A stretch of DNA of 64,000 nucleotides from Lytechinus pictus (GCF_037042905.1 NC_087251.1:19284001-19348000); one strand, 5' to 3'; counted from the stretch's first letter, positions 47,442 to 62,601 are shown. The notes: generated from the sequence alone by a model not told the origin. A program made the numbers and translations.

Positions 47442-47666
47442 CAATCAAGCCTGCAAATTAATACAACTACTACAAGGATGAAGAGGGGTAAAACGATATT
47501 TTCGCTTTGCTAATGGTTTAGTGCAAATACAAGAAGCCAAGCCTTATTGAGCACTTGCATGTCTGTTTTATTTGTAAGGTTATCGTGGAATGGTGCAGCT
47601 AATTATTACATAAATCTCAGGTTCGGATCCAGGCAGAGCCGCATGAAACGTATGCCTTCAATCTCC

Positions 47667-48337
47667 AACAAATGGAACGCCTCTGGTAGTCTCATCTGCA
47701 TTACGCGAATTCGAGCTGTGCGGAATTTGAAAACAGCTATTGAATAATAATAATTCACAAAAGAAAACATTCATATAATAACATACTATGTCCATTGACC
47801 CAAAATGACCTTTGACCTTGATCTTGTGACTCAAGACTAGTTTTGCAAAACAATCATTCATACTTGATTACCCCTAATGTTTCATGAAATAGATCCATAA
47901 ACTTTCTAAGTTATGCCAATTCAACAAATACCCCCAACACTGCCGAAGTTCATTGACCTTAAATGGCATTTGACCTAGGTCATGTGACCTGAAATGCGCA
48001 CGTGATGTTCAGTTTATACATGGTTGCTCTTATGTCCAAGTCTCATAAACTAGATCTATAAACTTTTAAAGTTGTGATGACATTTCAAAAACTTAACCTT
48101 GGTTAAGATTTCGATATTGATTCCCCGACATGGTCTAAGATCATTGACCCAAAATGACGTTTTACCTTGGTCATGTGACCTGAAACTCGGGAAAAGGTAA
48201 TCAGTGATAGTTGACTACTCTTATTTTTAAGTTTCATGAACTAGGCCCATATACTTTTTAAGTTATGATGATATTTCAAAAACTTAACAAAGCGGCGCCT
48301 ATACATGTGGTCTCGCTTTGCTATGCAGGCGATACAA
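47667..48337 (-). mobile_element. Second HINE/DINE-1-like copy (three internal units)
   Basis: Same termini and internal units as 36904..37917. Confidence 0.8.
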
Positions 48338-51157
48338 TAATTGGTATTGTGCCTAATATAAATTATTTTCAATTAATTATGTATTTATTTTTTAATTGTC
48401 AGACTTTCGGGAATGAACTTGCTCCATTTTCTCTAAGTAAGAATCATTCACTGCTTTTGCCTACCGGATGCCCCTTTCTATTATTGGGGGGGGGGGGGGG
48501 TAAGGGAGAACAATTTGTACATTTTTTAAGTGTTCCTTTTTTTTTCACTTTTTATTTTCTGCTTGTCAGAACGGCCAGCGGCATTCACTTGGTGTTGGAA
48601 AAGCAGGATATTTCAATACTTGAGACCGTCGGAAGGGAATACATGTAGGATCAGAAGTGCCAGATTAACCAGCTATCAGCTATCCAGAGTCGATACCGTT
48701 AAAATATCAAACAATTCCTTTTCGTGTCTGCAATGTCACAGTGAATTGTAGTCGTACCTCAAGTGAAATAGTTTAATGCTCCTCAAAACTACATGGAGAT
48801 GATCACCCCATCCCCCTTTTAGAATACTTTGATTTGTATTTTCATTTTTATAGGGTTTTGCTAAATGACAATGTATATTCAAAGGCAAGAATTTTGGGAA
48901 ATATTAAAGTGCATACGCCATTTTAGAATCCTTCATAATTTTTTGTAGAGTTCATAATGTGGTCAGATAAAATGGCTGTCATATCGACCTTGTCTCTGTT
49001 AACATAATCACCATGAAGCGGAACAACATTCGTGCTGTATGTGAAACCACGCAGGCTATCCCATGATAGCCTACACATTCTAAGAGCCTCCGTGAGGTCC
49101 ACGCATAAATCATGGAGGGCACTCTGCGGTCGTTCTTCTCCTTTTGACTTTAACTTTCTTGGCACATGCTTCGAACTTGAAGGAGAAAAAGAAGACTATG
49201 TTGTTTTGTGTTGCCTGGCCAGGGGTTTTCTTTCCTGACCCTCGTCTGACCCCCACGAATGTTCCGTATCACATCTATGATTCATGATCTATGGCGGGCG
49301 AAGGTTAACGAGTCATGACTACAAGGACCCCTCTCTCATTTCTTAACACCCCCCCTCACCATCAACATTTTCAAGTTCGCAAACTGCCTTCTTCTTTATT
49401 TTCCAGCTGTGTATTAACTCACATATAGTCCTCATGACCAAGGTTAAAGGTGAGATATTCAGCGAAACATTTGTGCACGAATGTTTGTCGTTACGGATTG
49501 AGTGGGGTGGGACAGCATCACCCTACAGTTGTTTTTTGAAGTTCAGTATTATAAGATCTTAACCATTGAAAATCGAGCTATTTTAAATCGTGTTTTCAAA
49601 GTAAGGATTTTGACGGGGGTCTAAAGTAAACGGCACTCCTTATAGTCGATTGAAATACATCATTCTACACACCTTGATATGAATTTTGTCAGGTAGCTTT
49701 GCTTCGTTTCCTCTACGTCACTTTGAAAGTTAACGTTGGGGGCCAATTATTCAGCACGTTGGCTCGAACGTTCCCAAGCAATCAGCATCGAGTGCAAAGT
49801 AGACTCGGAACGAATTTAGAAGCGTTAATGTGCTTCTATCCTTTTCCGCTCAATATTTCTCAACGAGACATTTACAAAAGTTAACGATTTTTAAAGTCCA
49901 ACCGAAAGGACATTTTCTGCGGGCAAGTTTGTAAAAAGATGAAATTGTTTTCGTATCTCACTTTACTTTGAATGGAACTGCATCAAAATAGACACTCTTA
50001 AATGTGCTAATCAAAGAGTACATCCTCCTTATACAAGATGACCTGGCAGGCACCATCATCTCGTACAAAACACGTCTTACATTTCAACATGTTTAGAAGG
50101 TAATTGAATCCCGAATGGAATACGTAGTCTATAATCTATTGATACTTGTCACAACATTGGACCCCAATTATTTGCCCATATTAACTTTCATGAACGGCAT
50201 TTTAATGACAAGTGTTATAAAAATTATTTGTGTAGCCCAATGAAGATCTATGAAATAACATCAGGGAAACAAATCTCTCTGATTGCCGTCTTCTCTATAT
50301 GTACAAGACGTTACTTGATGGAGAAAGTGTACTTTTATGCCCCATCCACGCCGCTATTCCTACCAGGGCGCCGCCGCATTCCTAACTCGCAAATTTTCTA
50401 CCTATCGGCTTTTCTTGCACCAAACTCATACCCCCCCCCCCCCGAATCCTTGCACCACCCACTTCTCATTGCCATAACCACGATAACATCCAACTTTCAC
50501 TTACGACTGTATTATACCATGATACTCACCTGAAGGAATCGCTATGTCTCGCTGAGTAAGGAATGCACAGGTGTACGCTAGCCAGTAGTCGATAATCTTA
50601 CGAAGAAGTGCCAACCAGACATAATTCATCCTTGATTGATTGGATGTAGTTCTTAATCCTTTGCCCCCATCCTCCTGTATTTTCTAAGTCATGTTGTCTT
50701 CTGAGAGTTTGTATTCTCCACCATCAATTCCTCATTGTCGGGATCAATAGCCATAACAAAGCTCGATCCTGTTATCATAATCATTGGAAATGATGCCCAT
50801 ACTATACTTTGCTAATAATATTAAAGTTTACGCCAAGCACACCCTACTTTCTTTTATTTCAATAATTAGAGAGAAAAAATAACTTTCTCCTTTCATAAAA
50901 AACTTCATAGTAAAGAACCTTTCTATTGAACCACAATAAAATACAATAAGTCAAACGGCATTCAAACTATTAAATTAGAAGACAAAAATTAAATCTTTGA
51001 GATATAAACTCAACGAAAAGTGAGTGAGTGGCATCTTCGAATCCTTCATTATCATCAATCCCTGCTCGTGGATATTATAATAATCGTTGAAAATTACATA
51101 ATTTATCTATTCCACGTCTAATTTTTTTATCAGCTTCACGACATATTAAGAAATATA

Positions 51158-51397
51158 CAGTGGTGCTAAAAAGTTAGAGAATCCCACCAGAAAAATGAAC
51201 ATAATAATTATTTAAAAGTGTTAATTTCTGCCAAGTTATAGATATTAAATTGTGAAGTCAGGTGATAAAATATTTCATTCAATAAAGTTTATTTCTCTGG
51301 GCTCGCCCGACATTGAAGGGTTGTTGTTTTCATTCAACACTCAGCATGAAGGAGTGCATTTTGTGATGGGGTTCACCAACTAATTTTTAGCACCATT
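51158..51397. mobile_element. Small Tc1/mariner-type MITE
   Basis: TA|cagtggtgctaaaaagtt left end; inverted aactaatttttagcacca right end. Confidence 0.6.
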
Positions 51398-54300
51398 TTT
51401 GGAGATTGACGGCATCATCGTCGTAGCTATGTTCTCTTCATCATCATCATCACTACTATCATTTTGCTCACATTCTCATCGGCTTGATACCAAAGTCACC
51501 GCCACGTTGTTTTATACCCCCATCCACCTAACCTCCCATTTACAGTCACACAATCATCACACATTTCAATCATTACCAATAAACCAGCTTTTTTTCCTTC
51601 AAAAATCCATCAAACATCGATAAATGTTCACGATTGATTTCTTGTTCGGTATTAAACACAGTATATTCATATACATGAATATAGACCACAAAATAAATTC
51701 ATATCTCTTTTCATAGGCTTTGTTTGCCACCTCTCACTAACGATTGGCTGTCAATAAATTGCACAAACCAAAGTGTTGTGTGCCCCCTTCAATTTCAATC
51801 GGGAGGTAATTTTCAGCAATTCGTGACCTATTTCATGCATTTTGTCAAATGATATATCTAACACTATAAACATATTTTTTTTAAATAAAAAATGATTAAG
51901 GGTGTAAAATAATTTTGATATCATGTTGGATAAAACTTAACACACTTGGTTTAATACCAAGACGAAGAAACAAAACAGAGTTGAGCCAGAACACGTGGAT
52001 ATTATTCAGAAGAATATTCCATAAACCTTTGGAGCCATTTTATTTGCCAACAAATAATGCTTCGTATAAACAAGCACGAAAAAATAACATCAAAACACAA
52101 AAAAAGAATAGATGGAAATAGTTCTTTGACAGACAATAACAAAATAGTTTACGAGAACGGATTAATTCATTTCATTTTGATTAAAAGAGCTAAACGATAC
52201 CATAACTATATTGAGTGATACATAATTAGTGATGGTAAGAAAGCAAATGAGTTTACATGGAAACCTTATAGGTTTCATGGTGAAATACAAAACAGATGAC
52301 AATACAATAGGAGGTTACACCCCATTTTTTTTTCTCAAGCAGCATAAAAAAACACGATTGCGAATGTCAACATCGGATTGGCTAAATGTTTATAACCACA
52401 CTTTTAAGGGCATTATGAGTAAAACACAACATCAAACGGGATTTGGGTAAAAAGGCTAACAAATTCATATCATGATAAAAAGTATATTGGTATATTAGGT
52501 CTTTGTAATGTGTTTTCAATGCATTGTTTTCATTTCAGTACTTGTAAAGTCATAATCGCCTGATCATGACTTGACCTTGATTTTTATTTTGAAAGAAATA
52601 TTCTCCTTTTCTGTCCAAAGATCGGTGTATGAGAAAAAAGTTCGACAAGGCAATCGAATGTAATTTAATGGTGTTTTGTATGATACCTAATCATTATGAT
52701 ATTCATGACGATTCTTAGCGTGAAGTACATCAAAATCTTTGAAAAGCTGTCGCCAATTAATTTTCATGTGAACCAGGCAACCAGCACGAATATTAACCTT
52801 AAAATAAATTCGCAAATTCTAGTAATCATTTACACAGATAAATTGCCATTTGATAAAATAATGAATTATTTTAACTTACACCATTGAATAGGTCGACCTA
52901 CAAAAGGGGGGGGGGGTCCGATTTCACATTATTAGAATTGAGCATTGCTGGGATTTGATTGTAAAAAATAAAAATTGAGATTTTCACTTTGCAACAATTT
53001 CCACAATCTTAAAACATGATTTAAGTATGGTTTGAGTGATGTCAATAGAAAATAAAGTCGTTTGTTCATTATTTTCTATTTGTGTTTGTAAAAAAAAAAA
53101 AAATTAATTGCTTGATCAAAATAAATTCATTTATAAAAGTAATCAAATCTAAAGAAAAGTGTTTATTTCCTTAATTTGGGCCAAAATTCTGTTTCATGTC
53201 GTTTGTCGCATAAACTCAGTTATTTTTGTGAATCATAGCCATCCCCGATATAATTACATGTATTTGATCCCCCCCCCCAAAAAAAAAAAAAAAAAAAATC
53301 CTGCCAAAAATTATTTTGTACTGCATCTTAATTATTTTTCCCTTTACAATCCATGTTGATCTCGTGTAAACTTTTTTCATCAAATACATCCAAAATGTAT
53401 TGCGGGGTAACCGTTCTTGCATACCATGTCTGTGATTTTATTGTCAATATAAATTCAAAAGAAATATGAAACATTAGACGATTTAAAATCGCATTAAAGA
53501 GAAAATACACGACATAATATGAAGATTAAACAATACCCCCGTCCCCAAAACCAAATACAAAAGATAAAAATACTATACTGATAAAATATCTAATTTGAAT
53601 GGTAAAGATGTTATTTTTAATTCCTTAAGGAAGCGTATTTATAAATGAACATGTCATTAAAGCAAAGGAAAAAAAGCAAGACAGCTTCATAAGCCATCAG
53701 ATATTAAAACGAAAATGACTCATTAATGAATTTAAACGAAATAACTCATTAGCTTATAGCTTATTTGACACGATCCACGGCAAACTTGGGTCAGTGGTGA
53801 TTTGTACAAATTTGAATCCATCTGCCCATTTCCAATTAAAATACAAACATTCTTTCATTAAAAAAAACAAGCACGTTCAACACTTCCTATTTCACTCAAG
53901 GCGTACATTCTTCTTAAAACTATAACAGGATTCAGCTGCAATTATTAACTACATACAACGACCGTTTTATTTAGTAGATTTTTTTTTAAATCCCTAAAAC
54001 TTTTATCTTAAAAAACACAAAACCTTCTCACAACTATGCTCAACCTTCACACATTTTATTAGTGTTCCAATGTCTATCTATTTGTCAATACTCTTTCCTG
54101 ATTCACAAGTTCAAGTCAAAAAATTATTATTTTTTAATTACCAGATTAGCAACCTTGAATTCCTTCTGTAACCAAGTAACATACTTCATTTTTTTGGTTT
54201 TATAATCATACTAATATTTGTTATTTTGATTTTAAATGAAGGTTATTCATTAGAATTATTATGTTATAATTTCTAAAGTAAAAAATGATGGAATATCAAA

Positions 54301-54879
54301 CATTTTATAGGAATCTGGAAACATATTTATACGTGCATAATGAAAATAACACCATTGTATCTTTCCCATGCAGCTCTCAATGACAATCAAACTCACACAA
54401 ATAAAAGGCAGCATATTTATCATAAGGGGGATACAACCAAGAGGGCAGCATTTCATAATTAAACAACCCCTCGTCCAATCACAAATGGTGGATAACTATT
54501 ATCCAATCAAAATTGAGGAATGCAGAATTTAGCCAGATTATGATGAAAAAATCGAGGGAAATCTCGATGCTAAGTTTTGTGGCCCAAGACTCAAAAGATG
54601 TTTTGCCTGACAATAGCAAATGTATTTAAACCTTTCTTTGGGTAATTTGGTTTGTCCTTTTTTAATAATAAGCCTATAGCAACAATATGGAACTTTTAAA
54701 ATGGAAATGTAGTTAATCAACGATAAATGTTTGTTGACAATTTGCTCCTTGTTCAAATTTTGTTCTTGGGTATTTTCATCATTTAAAACACCATTTCTTC
54801 ATTTTTTTTAAATTCTTTTACAATATCAATAATAAATTTGTAAATGATATGCTAAATGTCAATGTCAATTTGTAATATA

Positions 54880-57800
54880 ACCTTCATGTATATTTATTAA
54901 AATTTCTGAATAAATTCATGAATCAAGTAATGAGTGGTTCATATAACTGTTAGGAAGTATATTGGAATTTATGTGAGATAATCTTATTTTGGAAATATTC
55001 ACAACATAGAACAAGTTATTTACACAAATTTAAGGGACATTAGAATGGATGTTGGAAAAAAATTGTAAAACAAGTTTTAGATTTCAGTTTGATAAGTTTA
55101 CAGTTAGGTTTGGATGACATTGTCTGTGTCTAAAGGTTGCATCAGCTGCTAATAATCTAATTAGTACAAGGATACAAAATAAAACAATTGCTAGGGATTT
55201 CATTCACTATACACAAGAGAGTACATCTATTTCAGATAATAGGAAAAACTGCATTGTGATAATACACCAGCTCTTATAAAAAAATAATAGACAGATTTCA
55301 TGCAAGCAAAGAACTGAAAAATAAAAACTGTTATAACGTTAAAGACTACCGGTAATAATTTATAGGAACCTGCAGAACAGAGTCACCAGTATACAACCGG
55401 GTCATGTGATTGAAGGAAAAAAAAAGAACAGTGGAAAATACACAAGTATAGCTGCAAAGCATGATAAATAATAACAAACATCAATCAATTTGCTACTTGA
55501 CAGATAAGAATAAAACTTGACATATTTCATAAGAACATTGTGGTATAAATATATAGCAATGTATCAATATGCAGACTGTATTTTCATATTTTCTCCAATG
55601 GATCGATCTCAAAATATCTTGTGATTGGACAGATTGTTGATGGCTTTGCTGTCAATATAAACCCTTTTCCAGTCAACAGCTATATCTTTTCAAACCTCAT
55701 CTATTTCAGTGAATCTTTTTTTAATAGAATATTTCAAGAATACTCACCCAGCCATTTTGTGTAATTTCTCTTAATCTATGAAATATTTACATCCACGACT
55801 TCAATGTAACCATATACATCACATCATACTTCTAGACAGGCATCACAATCATAAGATTTCAACAAGAAGAAATAAAAATTAAAATTGTGTTAGATTGTCA
55901 AGTGGGTATAGCCAAATGAAAAAAAATCTATTATAAAAGACAGATAAATTGTGTCACTGTAATGTAAATATGTATAGATATATATTTATATATATAATAT
56001 TTCTGTGAAATGTAGATATTGTAACTTGAAATCATGCTATGTGCTTTAAAGGTGCATTTTAATGAAGCAGCCTTTAAGAATGACACAAATGAAAAGGTAC
56101 ACCTTTAAATGTGAATACCACATCTCCAAAATTTAAAGACATTCCCTTCATTTATGTTCATTCTAGCACTGCACCGTAAGGTAGAAACAAATTGAAGGTG
56201 TATTCTTTATGAATCCAAAGATTGAAATGTTTTGTGTGTGTGACTAGTAAAAAGTGTTATTCTGCAATGTAAATATCAATCGTGTGTTAGTGGGCTCTTT
56301 TTATATACATTTCTCCTTGTGCCCCACCACACACATACAGGTAGATAGAAAACTACAATATATATAATTCCACCTCTGTAGTCCTACCTACCTAACATTC
56401 TGTACAGATTTCCCCCACAATCAATACCTATTACCCAAATAAAGAAGATGAAAAAACAAAACAAATATCATCATCCCAAGTAGCATTTCATACTCTCCAA
56501 CATTCTTGTAACATCATAGATAGTTTTGTTCAGTGAATTGATGTAGCTTACTCTAGTGTATTACCTAATATATACTAGTGATAAAAAGGGTAACCATGCT
56601 TGTTTAGGGTTTGTTTGGTTCTTAATATAACTATCTGGTAGAACTAATCACTCTTAGCATCTTAATTACATCTACTAAACGTAATCGAAAACTCACAGTA
56701 AAAAGCTGACCATCCCCTAAGATGCAAATCACATTTAAACAATTTACTTATTTCAGCACTAAAATGATAATTAAAAAAACGTAATGAAATAGAAATATTG
56801 CACAAGTTTTAAATCTTTAGACATGACGATCTTTCAAATTCAGGATTTCAAGCAGCATAAGTAGAGTACCATACATCACCCTAACTTTTTGCTCTGCAAA
56901 AAAAAAAACCCAGACGTACAAAGCTCTTTTGAGTTCATACCATTAATAAGAAAACAAACAATGTACATTTCAGAGGATATGACACAAGTTCTCATCTTTT
57001 ACAAACACACAACAGTATCAAAGTAAAAGAAAAAAAATACAATAACAGTTGATGAGAAATTAAAGTAAAAAAAAAAATGTGTTTTTCAAACACATTAAAA
57101 TAATTTCAGAATTTCTGCACTACAGTCTTTTCGTCTTGAATAGCATCATTTCCTAAGCAAGCAGCAAACACCTTTTTTTATAACGGCTGTTTTCACACAC
57201 TATACATCCGTTTGTTACCTCTACGGATCACCAAAGAGTAATACTTAACTTAGCATAGTTCATTTTACACCTTACATTTCAAAGATCTGGATATGAATGC
57301 TGGCAGTGCTTGTTCCTCATGGACTCTCCACAATTTGCCAGAAAATTCACAAATTCCAAGGTTTTTTTTCACTTGATAGACTACACAAGCTTTCCTCCGG
57401 TATCATTAGTAGTTTTTAAACATCCAGGTTTGGAGCTTTATACCACAACTACTGGCCGATGGATTCTTAACCCATCATCTCATATGATGGAACATAGATT
57501 TGTAGTCTGGCTGAAAAAAACATATTCCATGGCGAGATCCAGTCTGTTAGCAAGACTAACTTTGACATCCATTGTGACATCACTGGTAGCTGCTGACCAT
57601 TGGTAAAACACTATTATTACATACTTGTATCATTTGAACTCTTAAAAGAGTCCATAGACTTAATCTTACATGCATCCAACAAGAGAGAAAATTTCCAGTT
57701 AAATTCTACCTTCAAATTACCAGTGACTACCTTATTTATTGTTACACTTTTCATACAAATTTCAGCTTATTTAAGATATTTCTTACTAGCTCATTACAAA

Positions 57801-60388
57801 CATCTGTAATCTTTTTACTCCACAGGTCTTTCCAGAAATGAACAAAAACATATATTCTTCTTTGGCACTTGGATACATTTACCTTGAAGAATTGGTCACT
57901 GAATTTTATTCATTTGGGCAAATACAATGAGATGCTCCATGTTAAACTTTAGGCACAATTTAGTTTATTTCAGTCATCAAAGATGATATCATTGGTACTA
58001 TCATTTATAGATATCCTGCACAGTTTTTCCACTTAAAGACTAATTTGAAGCAGAAAGTATAGAAGCATTATTTTTTTTACATTTTGCCTCATTTCATTCC
58101 ACATAGGGAGCATAGAAAAGCAGTAGCTCCTCAAATCATCTTTCTTATATTGATAGGAGAATGAAAGTCAAATATAAAGATTTTGCATTGTGTAATACAT
58201 AAAACTCACTTTTAAAAAGATTCATTCAATGTACACATGCAAAAGAATTTCCATCCTGGAGTTGCCAATATATTCTCATAATAAGAAGTGACCAATACAT
58301 TTTATGCTTCATTCTGCTCAGAATTTGGCATAGATCTTTTCTCATTCCTTAGTGTTCTCATGGATGCTACAAAATAAAGTACAAGGAGATTGTAGCTTTG
58401 CAATCACTAGGATTTGAAATATTTCAACTTTTAGAATTACAAATGATATCATTGCTATGATTAATAATATTGGTTAGTACAGATCATTGTAGGTGGTTCA
58501 TCTCACGATATATAGTGTATATATTACAGATTGGTGCAGACAAAGCATGATACAGTCCATATTGTGAACTTTTCCAGACTTCAGTTTTTTTTAACCAATA
58601 AGCAAGATTTGTACATTTTGACTTTCATTCTCCTGTGATACAAATGTTTTATAAAAAATTGCAAATATTTCAATTGAAGTACGTTTTTTTTATCCACTGA
58701 CAAAATGTGTTCCTATGGTATATCAATCCCCACATTTTGTTAATCAATGCAAGTCCGTGATTTTGTCACCTGGGTGCTAGAAGGGCAGTAGGATGTAAAG
58801 AACATCAATTCCCATTCCCGTTTGCCAAGCAGAAGGGTGTTAACTCTCACACCATTGAACATTTTGCGTAGCATATACTTGAGTCAACGGCCTTTAGCCA
58901 CAGGAATTTACATTCACCACGCACAGGCAACTTACTGCCCTCCTGCAAGCAAAGTGATAATTTGTTATTTTCTATTATCAGGTTTGAAATTTATTAAACC
59001 AATACCTTTTTTGAGCAAGACTCACATATGATGCAATCCTGAAATCTGGTCATATACAAAGCAAAACATGTGTATTACTTTTAAAATCAGTGTCTCAATA
59101 CATCTGTTTGTTTTTATCAAAATGAACATTTCCACGTCAAAGTTCATATGGCTTCAACAAGACATTTAAACTTTAAATTTTGATTCAATTCATCAAACTT
59201 GTTTGCAAGTTAATAATATTATTATACTCCTACGTGTTCTTTTAAGTTTGAGTTATCATTAACAATGGATACATTTACTACCTCTAACACTGTGACACAT
59301 ATCAAGAGTCAGATTTAAAATATAAATATAACTTTGTATATATTTGCAGCTTGTTTATTTTTTTTCTAGCAGCATAATGAATGTTAATCTTTATTCCCAT
59401 CTTGAAAGGCTGTAATAAAGTTTTTATTTAATAAAGTGCTTTGGATAATTCAGTGCAGCATGATCCAATCACAGCATTAAAGAGATTCATTTTTAAATAT
59501 TTCACTTATTTCACATTTCCATAATTTCATTACTTTATTATTTCATAGTTTAATTATTTCAAAGTTTGGCAATGAATTACATACATTATATTTATCAATA
59601 TTCCATGATAGTAATATGCAGCCAACGATGTATACATCATACATTCCACTTGAATATTAAGGATCATCAGGCCTGTGTTGCGATAAGCTCGCTTGAAGAT
59701 GCAAGAACAGGATAAAGAAAGCTATATTTTTGCCTACACTACTTTATACATAAGACCCCTACACCAGGCAGACAGACATGGAATGGATATCTTGTAGCTC
59801 CAATTCACTTCATGGAAAGCTCCATTCTCCCACGTAGAAATACATGAAGAGTGGAAATCTTAGGATATTCACAAATGTAGAAAAAACTTGTACATTTCAT
59901 TATCAACTTATTTTTCTATTTCAGACTCAGATTCTGCAGAAGAAATTATCAAATTTCTATGAAGAAATTTCTTATAAATAATCACTGTATAGCGGTTTTG
60001 ACTGCCCATAAGTGAACAAAAATATCCCATATCATGTTCAATAGCAAAAGGCTTTTAAAGATAGCATTGAGCATTAATAGGCTGCAAATGTAAGCTTGCT
60101 AAAAATGACTTGCCTGTTTTGTAATGAAGACAGTACATGGCTGGCTAAAGAGTTGTCATGTGGGAATTAGAGTGATAATTTGATCACCACTATCCAAGTT
60201 GCTAAGAAGCTACTGCAAACTAGGGGTTGTGGAACATTTACAGTTATACTAGACAGACATTTTCACTCCATGGAGTGAATACGACGGGAATCAGCTGCAA
60301 GGAAGAACCAGCCTTGAGTGGCTGTTCTCATTCAAGACAGGCAAGTCTTGTAGATTTGAGGTTGTTCTTTTAGAGTGACTACCTCATA
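54880..60388 (-). other. Probable long 3'UTR of Bcl11
   Basis: Directly downstream of the stop, no recognisable repeats, CpG-poor, several minus-strand AATAAA (e.g. 54893-54898); true end unknown. Confidence 0.45.
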
Positions 60389-62601
60389 TCACTTAGACAA
60401 TCCTGGTAGATTGGCCTTGTAGCTGTACATTCGTGCACCCACCGCGTCGGTACGGGGAGCCAACCCCTTGATGGCCCCCCAATGCTCTTTCTTCATGTGC
60501 TTTTCTAGAGTGCTGTAGACAGAGAAGGGCATGTTGCACACCTCACACTTGAAGACTTCTTTTGCACCATGACCATGGGTCTTCATGTGGCGTGTAAGCT
60601 TGCTACTCTGAGCACAAGCATATGAACACAGCTGACATTTGTACGGCTTCTCACCAGTGTGTGAACGACGATGGACCGTCAAGTTGCTGCAATTCTTGAA
60701 CCGCTTGCCACAGAACTCGCAGGTATCGCTCCGTTTCTCCGATGCCCTTTGTGGCTTCATTCTATTGGGAGGACTTGAGTATGGCAGTACGGCGTTGGAT
60801 GGCATGCCACCGTTGGATTCTATGAAGCGACGCTGAGCAAAGAAAGCAGCTGGACCGCCATTTGTTGTTCCAAGTGGGCTGGCATCCGAGCGGACGGGTG
60901 ATGACATGAGTGGTTCTCTATGTATTGCTAAAGGAGAAGGTGGCCATGATGTTGATGGTTCCATTTTGATGCGGTTGGTCACCAGTTCCAAGTCAGACAT
61001 AGCACTACGCTCTACTATACCTTGTGTTAAAGGATGATTACCTTGGAAAAGGGTATGCTCTGCTCGTAGCCTTGCCATCAAACTTGATTCAATGGGACTG
61101 TGGTGATCATGTGGTCTGGATGGTGGCCTGCTGTTAGAATTACGTGGATGGTGGTTTTCTGGTGACGATACATCACTCAACGATCGAGGCTTTCCAAAGA
61201 TTATATTCCGTTCTGCTATGGCCTGCTTAAATGCTTCGCTGTATTGCTGAATTTCATCTAATCCAGAATTGACCATCATCTCACTTAACAATGAAGAATG
61301 ATGATGTGATAGTCCTTTAGGACTCCCTCTGCTCACATTCCTCACGCGTTCCACATCAGCGCTTGATGGCCTCCTTTCCTTGGATCTTTCCTCTTCAAAT
61401 TCTTGTTCTGATGATTTGGCTTCACCTTCAGACTTCACAGTTATTTCTTCATTCTCTCTTTCAGGTTCCTTTGGTTTTATATCAACCATGTCTGCCTCAT
61501 CAGGTTCTTCCTCTTCTTCTTCCTCTTCTTCCTTTTCCTCCTCTTCCTCCTCTTCCTCTTCTTCTTCCTCCTCCATCTCTTCCTCTTCTGGGGAGGAGCT
61601 ATCACTCATATTCTTTCTATCGCCGGTGCCCATTGATCCCTCTTGCCCTTCTTCCTCATTGCTGTTTTCATCCTTATCATCCATATCTGGAGCGGATCCC
61701 ATTGCCGATGGTGGTTTATTCATGTGTGTCTTCATGTGTCGCTTTAGCTTGCTGGCTTGACTGCAGGCATGATCACACAGATGACACTTAAAAGGTTTCT
61801 CACCTGTATGAGATCTGCGATGGACGACCAAGTTGCTCTGGAACTTGAACGTCTTCCCGCAGAATTCACATGACTTGCCCTTGGACGAGAAAGATGGATA
61901 CCTGCGGGTCGGATAGCCAGGGTAAGGCAGACGCCTGTGTGGTGAGAGTGGTGGGCTCTTTTTGGCCAACAGCTTCAAGTGGTTTGCAGCACTGGAATCC
62001 GTCGGTGGTTGATGTTGATGTTGATGTTGATGTTGCGGTTGAAGGTGTGGTGGCGGTAGGGGTGGCGGTGGAGGGGGGACAAATGGCAGCTGAGTGTGAA
62101 AGTCGGCTATGCTGACAGGAGATATATGTGGTGGTAGCTCAGTGATTCTACTCTCTGGAGGAGGCATATGAAAATCCCTCCGGTGCATGTGATTTATATG
62201 GGGATAAAGCCTCTCCAACCCAGGTGAATACAGCCTATCTGGGCCCGTTGGACGAATTAAGACTGGAAACGTTGGCGTGTGACCATCTACAGGATGAGAA
62301 TGTGGACTGTGGACTGGTATAGGAGCCAGTGGAGGGTGAATAATTTGTGGTAAACTGCTCTCTATTGGTTTGGGAATAAGCTGCTTGCTGGTGCTAGATG
62401 TTGTGCTCTTGGGTGAGAGGGAGTCCACCTGAGAGACCGACTCCACAGACACAGACCGGGACCTTGAGAAAGGCCTCTCCTCCTTTGGAAATGTGTATAT
62501 CTGCATTCCATGGTCTTCCTGTGCATGTTTCAGGAGCGTTGCAGCATTCTCAAACAAGCCCTTGCAAGACACACATATGTATTTTTCAGCTGCGTGGGGA
62601 T
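60389..62601 (-). CDS. Bcl11: BCL11A/B-family C2H2 zinc-finger transcription factor, terminal coding exon (upstream exons outside the window)
   Basis: cag acceptor 62604-62602; six C2H2 fingers in a 1+2+3 layout; KSCEFCGKTFKFQSNLVVHRRSHTGEKP, CSNLTVHRRSHTGEKPYKC, MPFSVYSTLEKHMKK are BCL11 signatures; poly-Glu tract. Confidence 0.96.
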
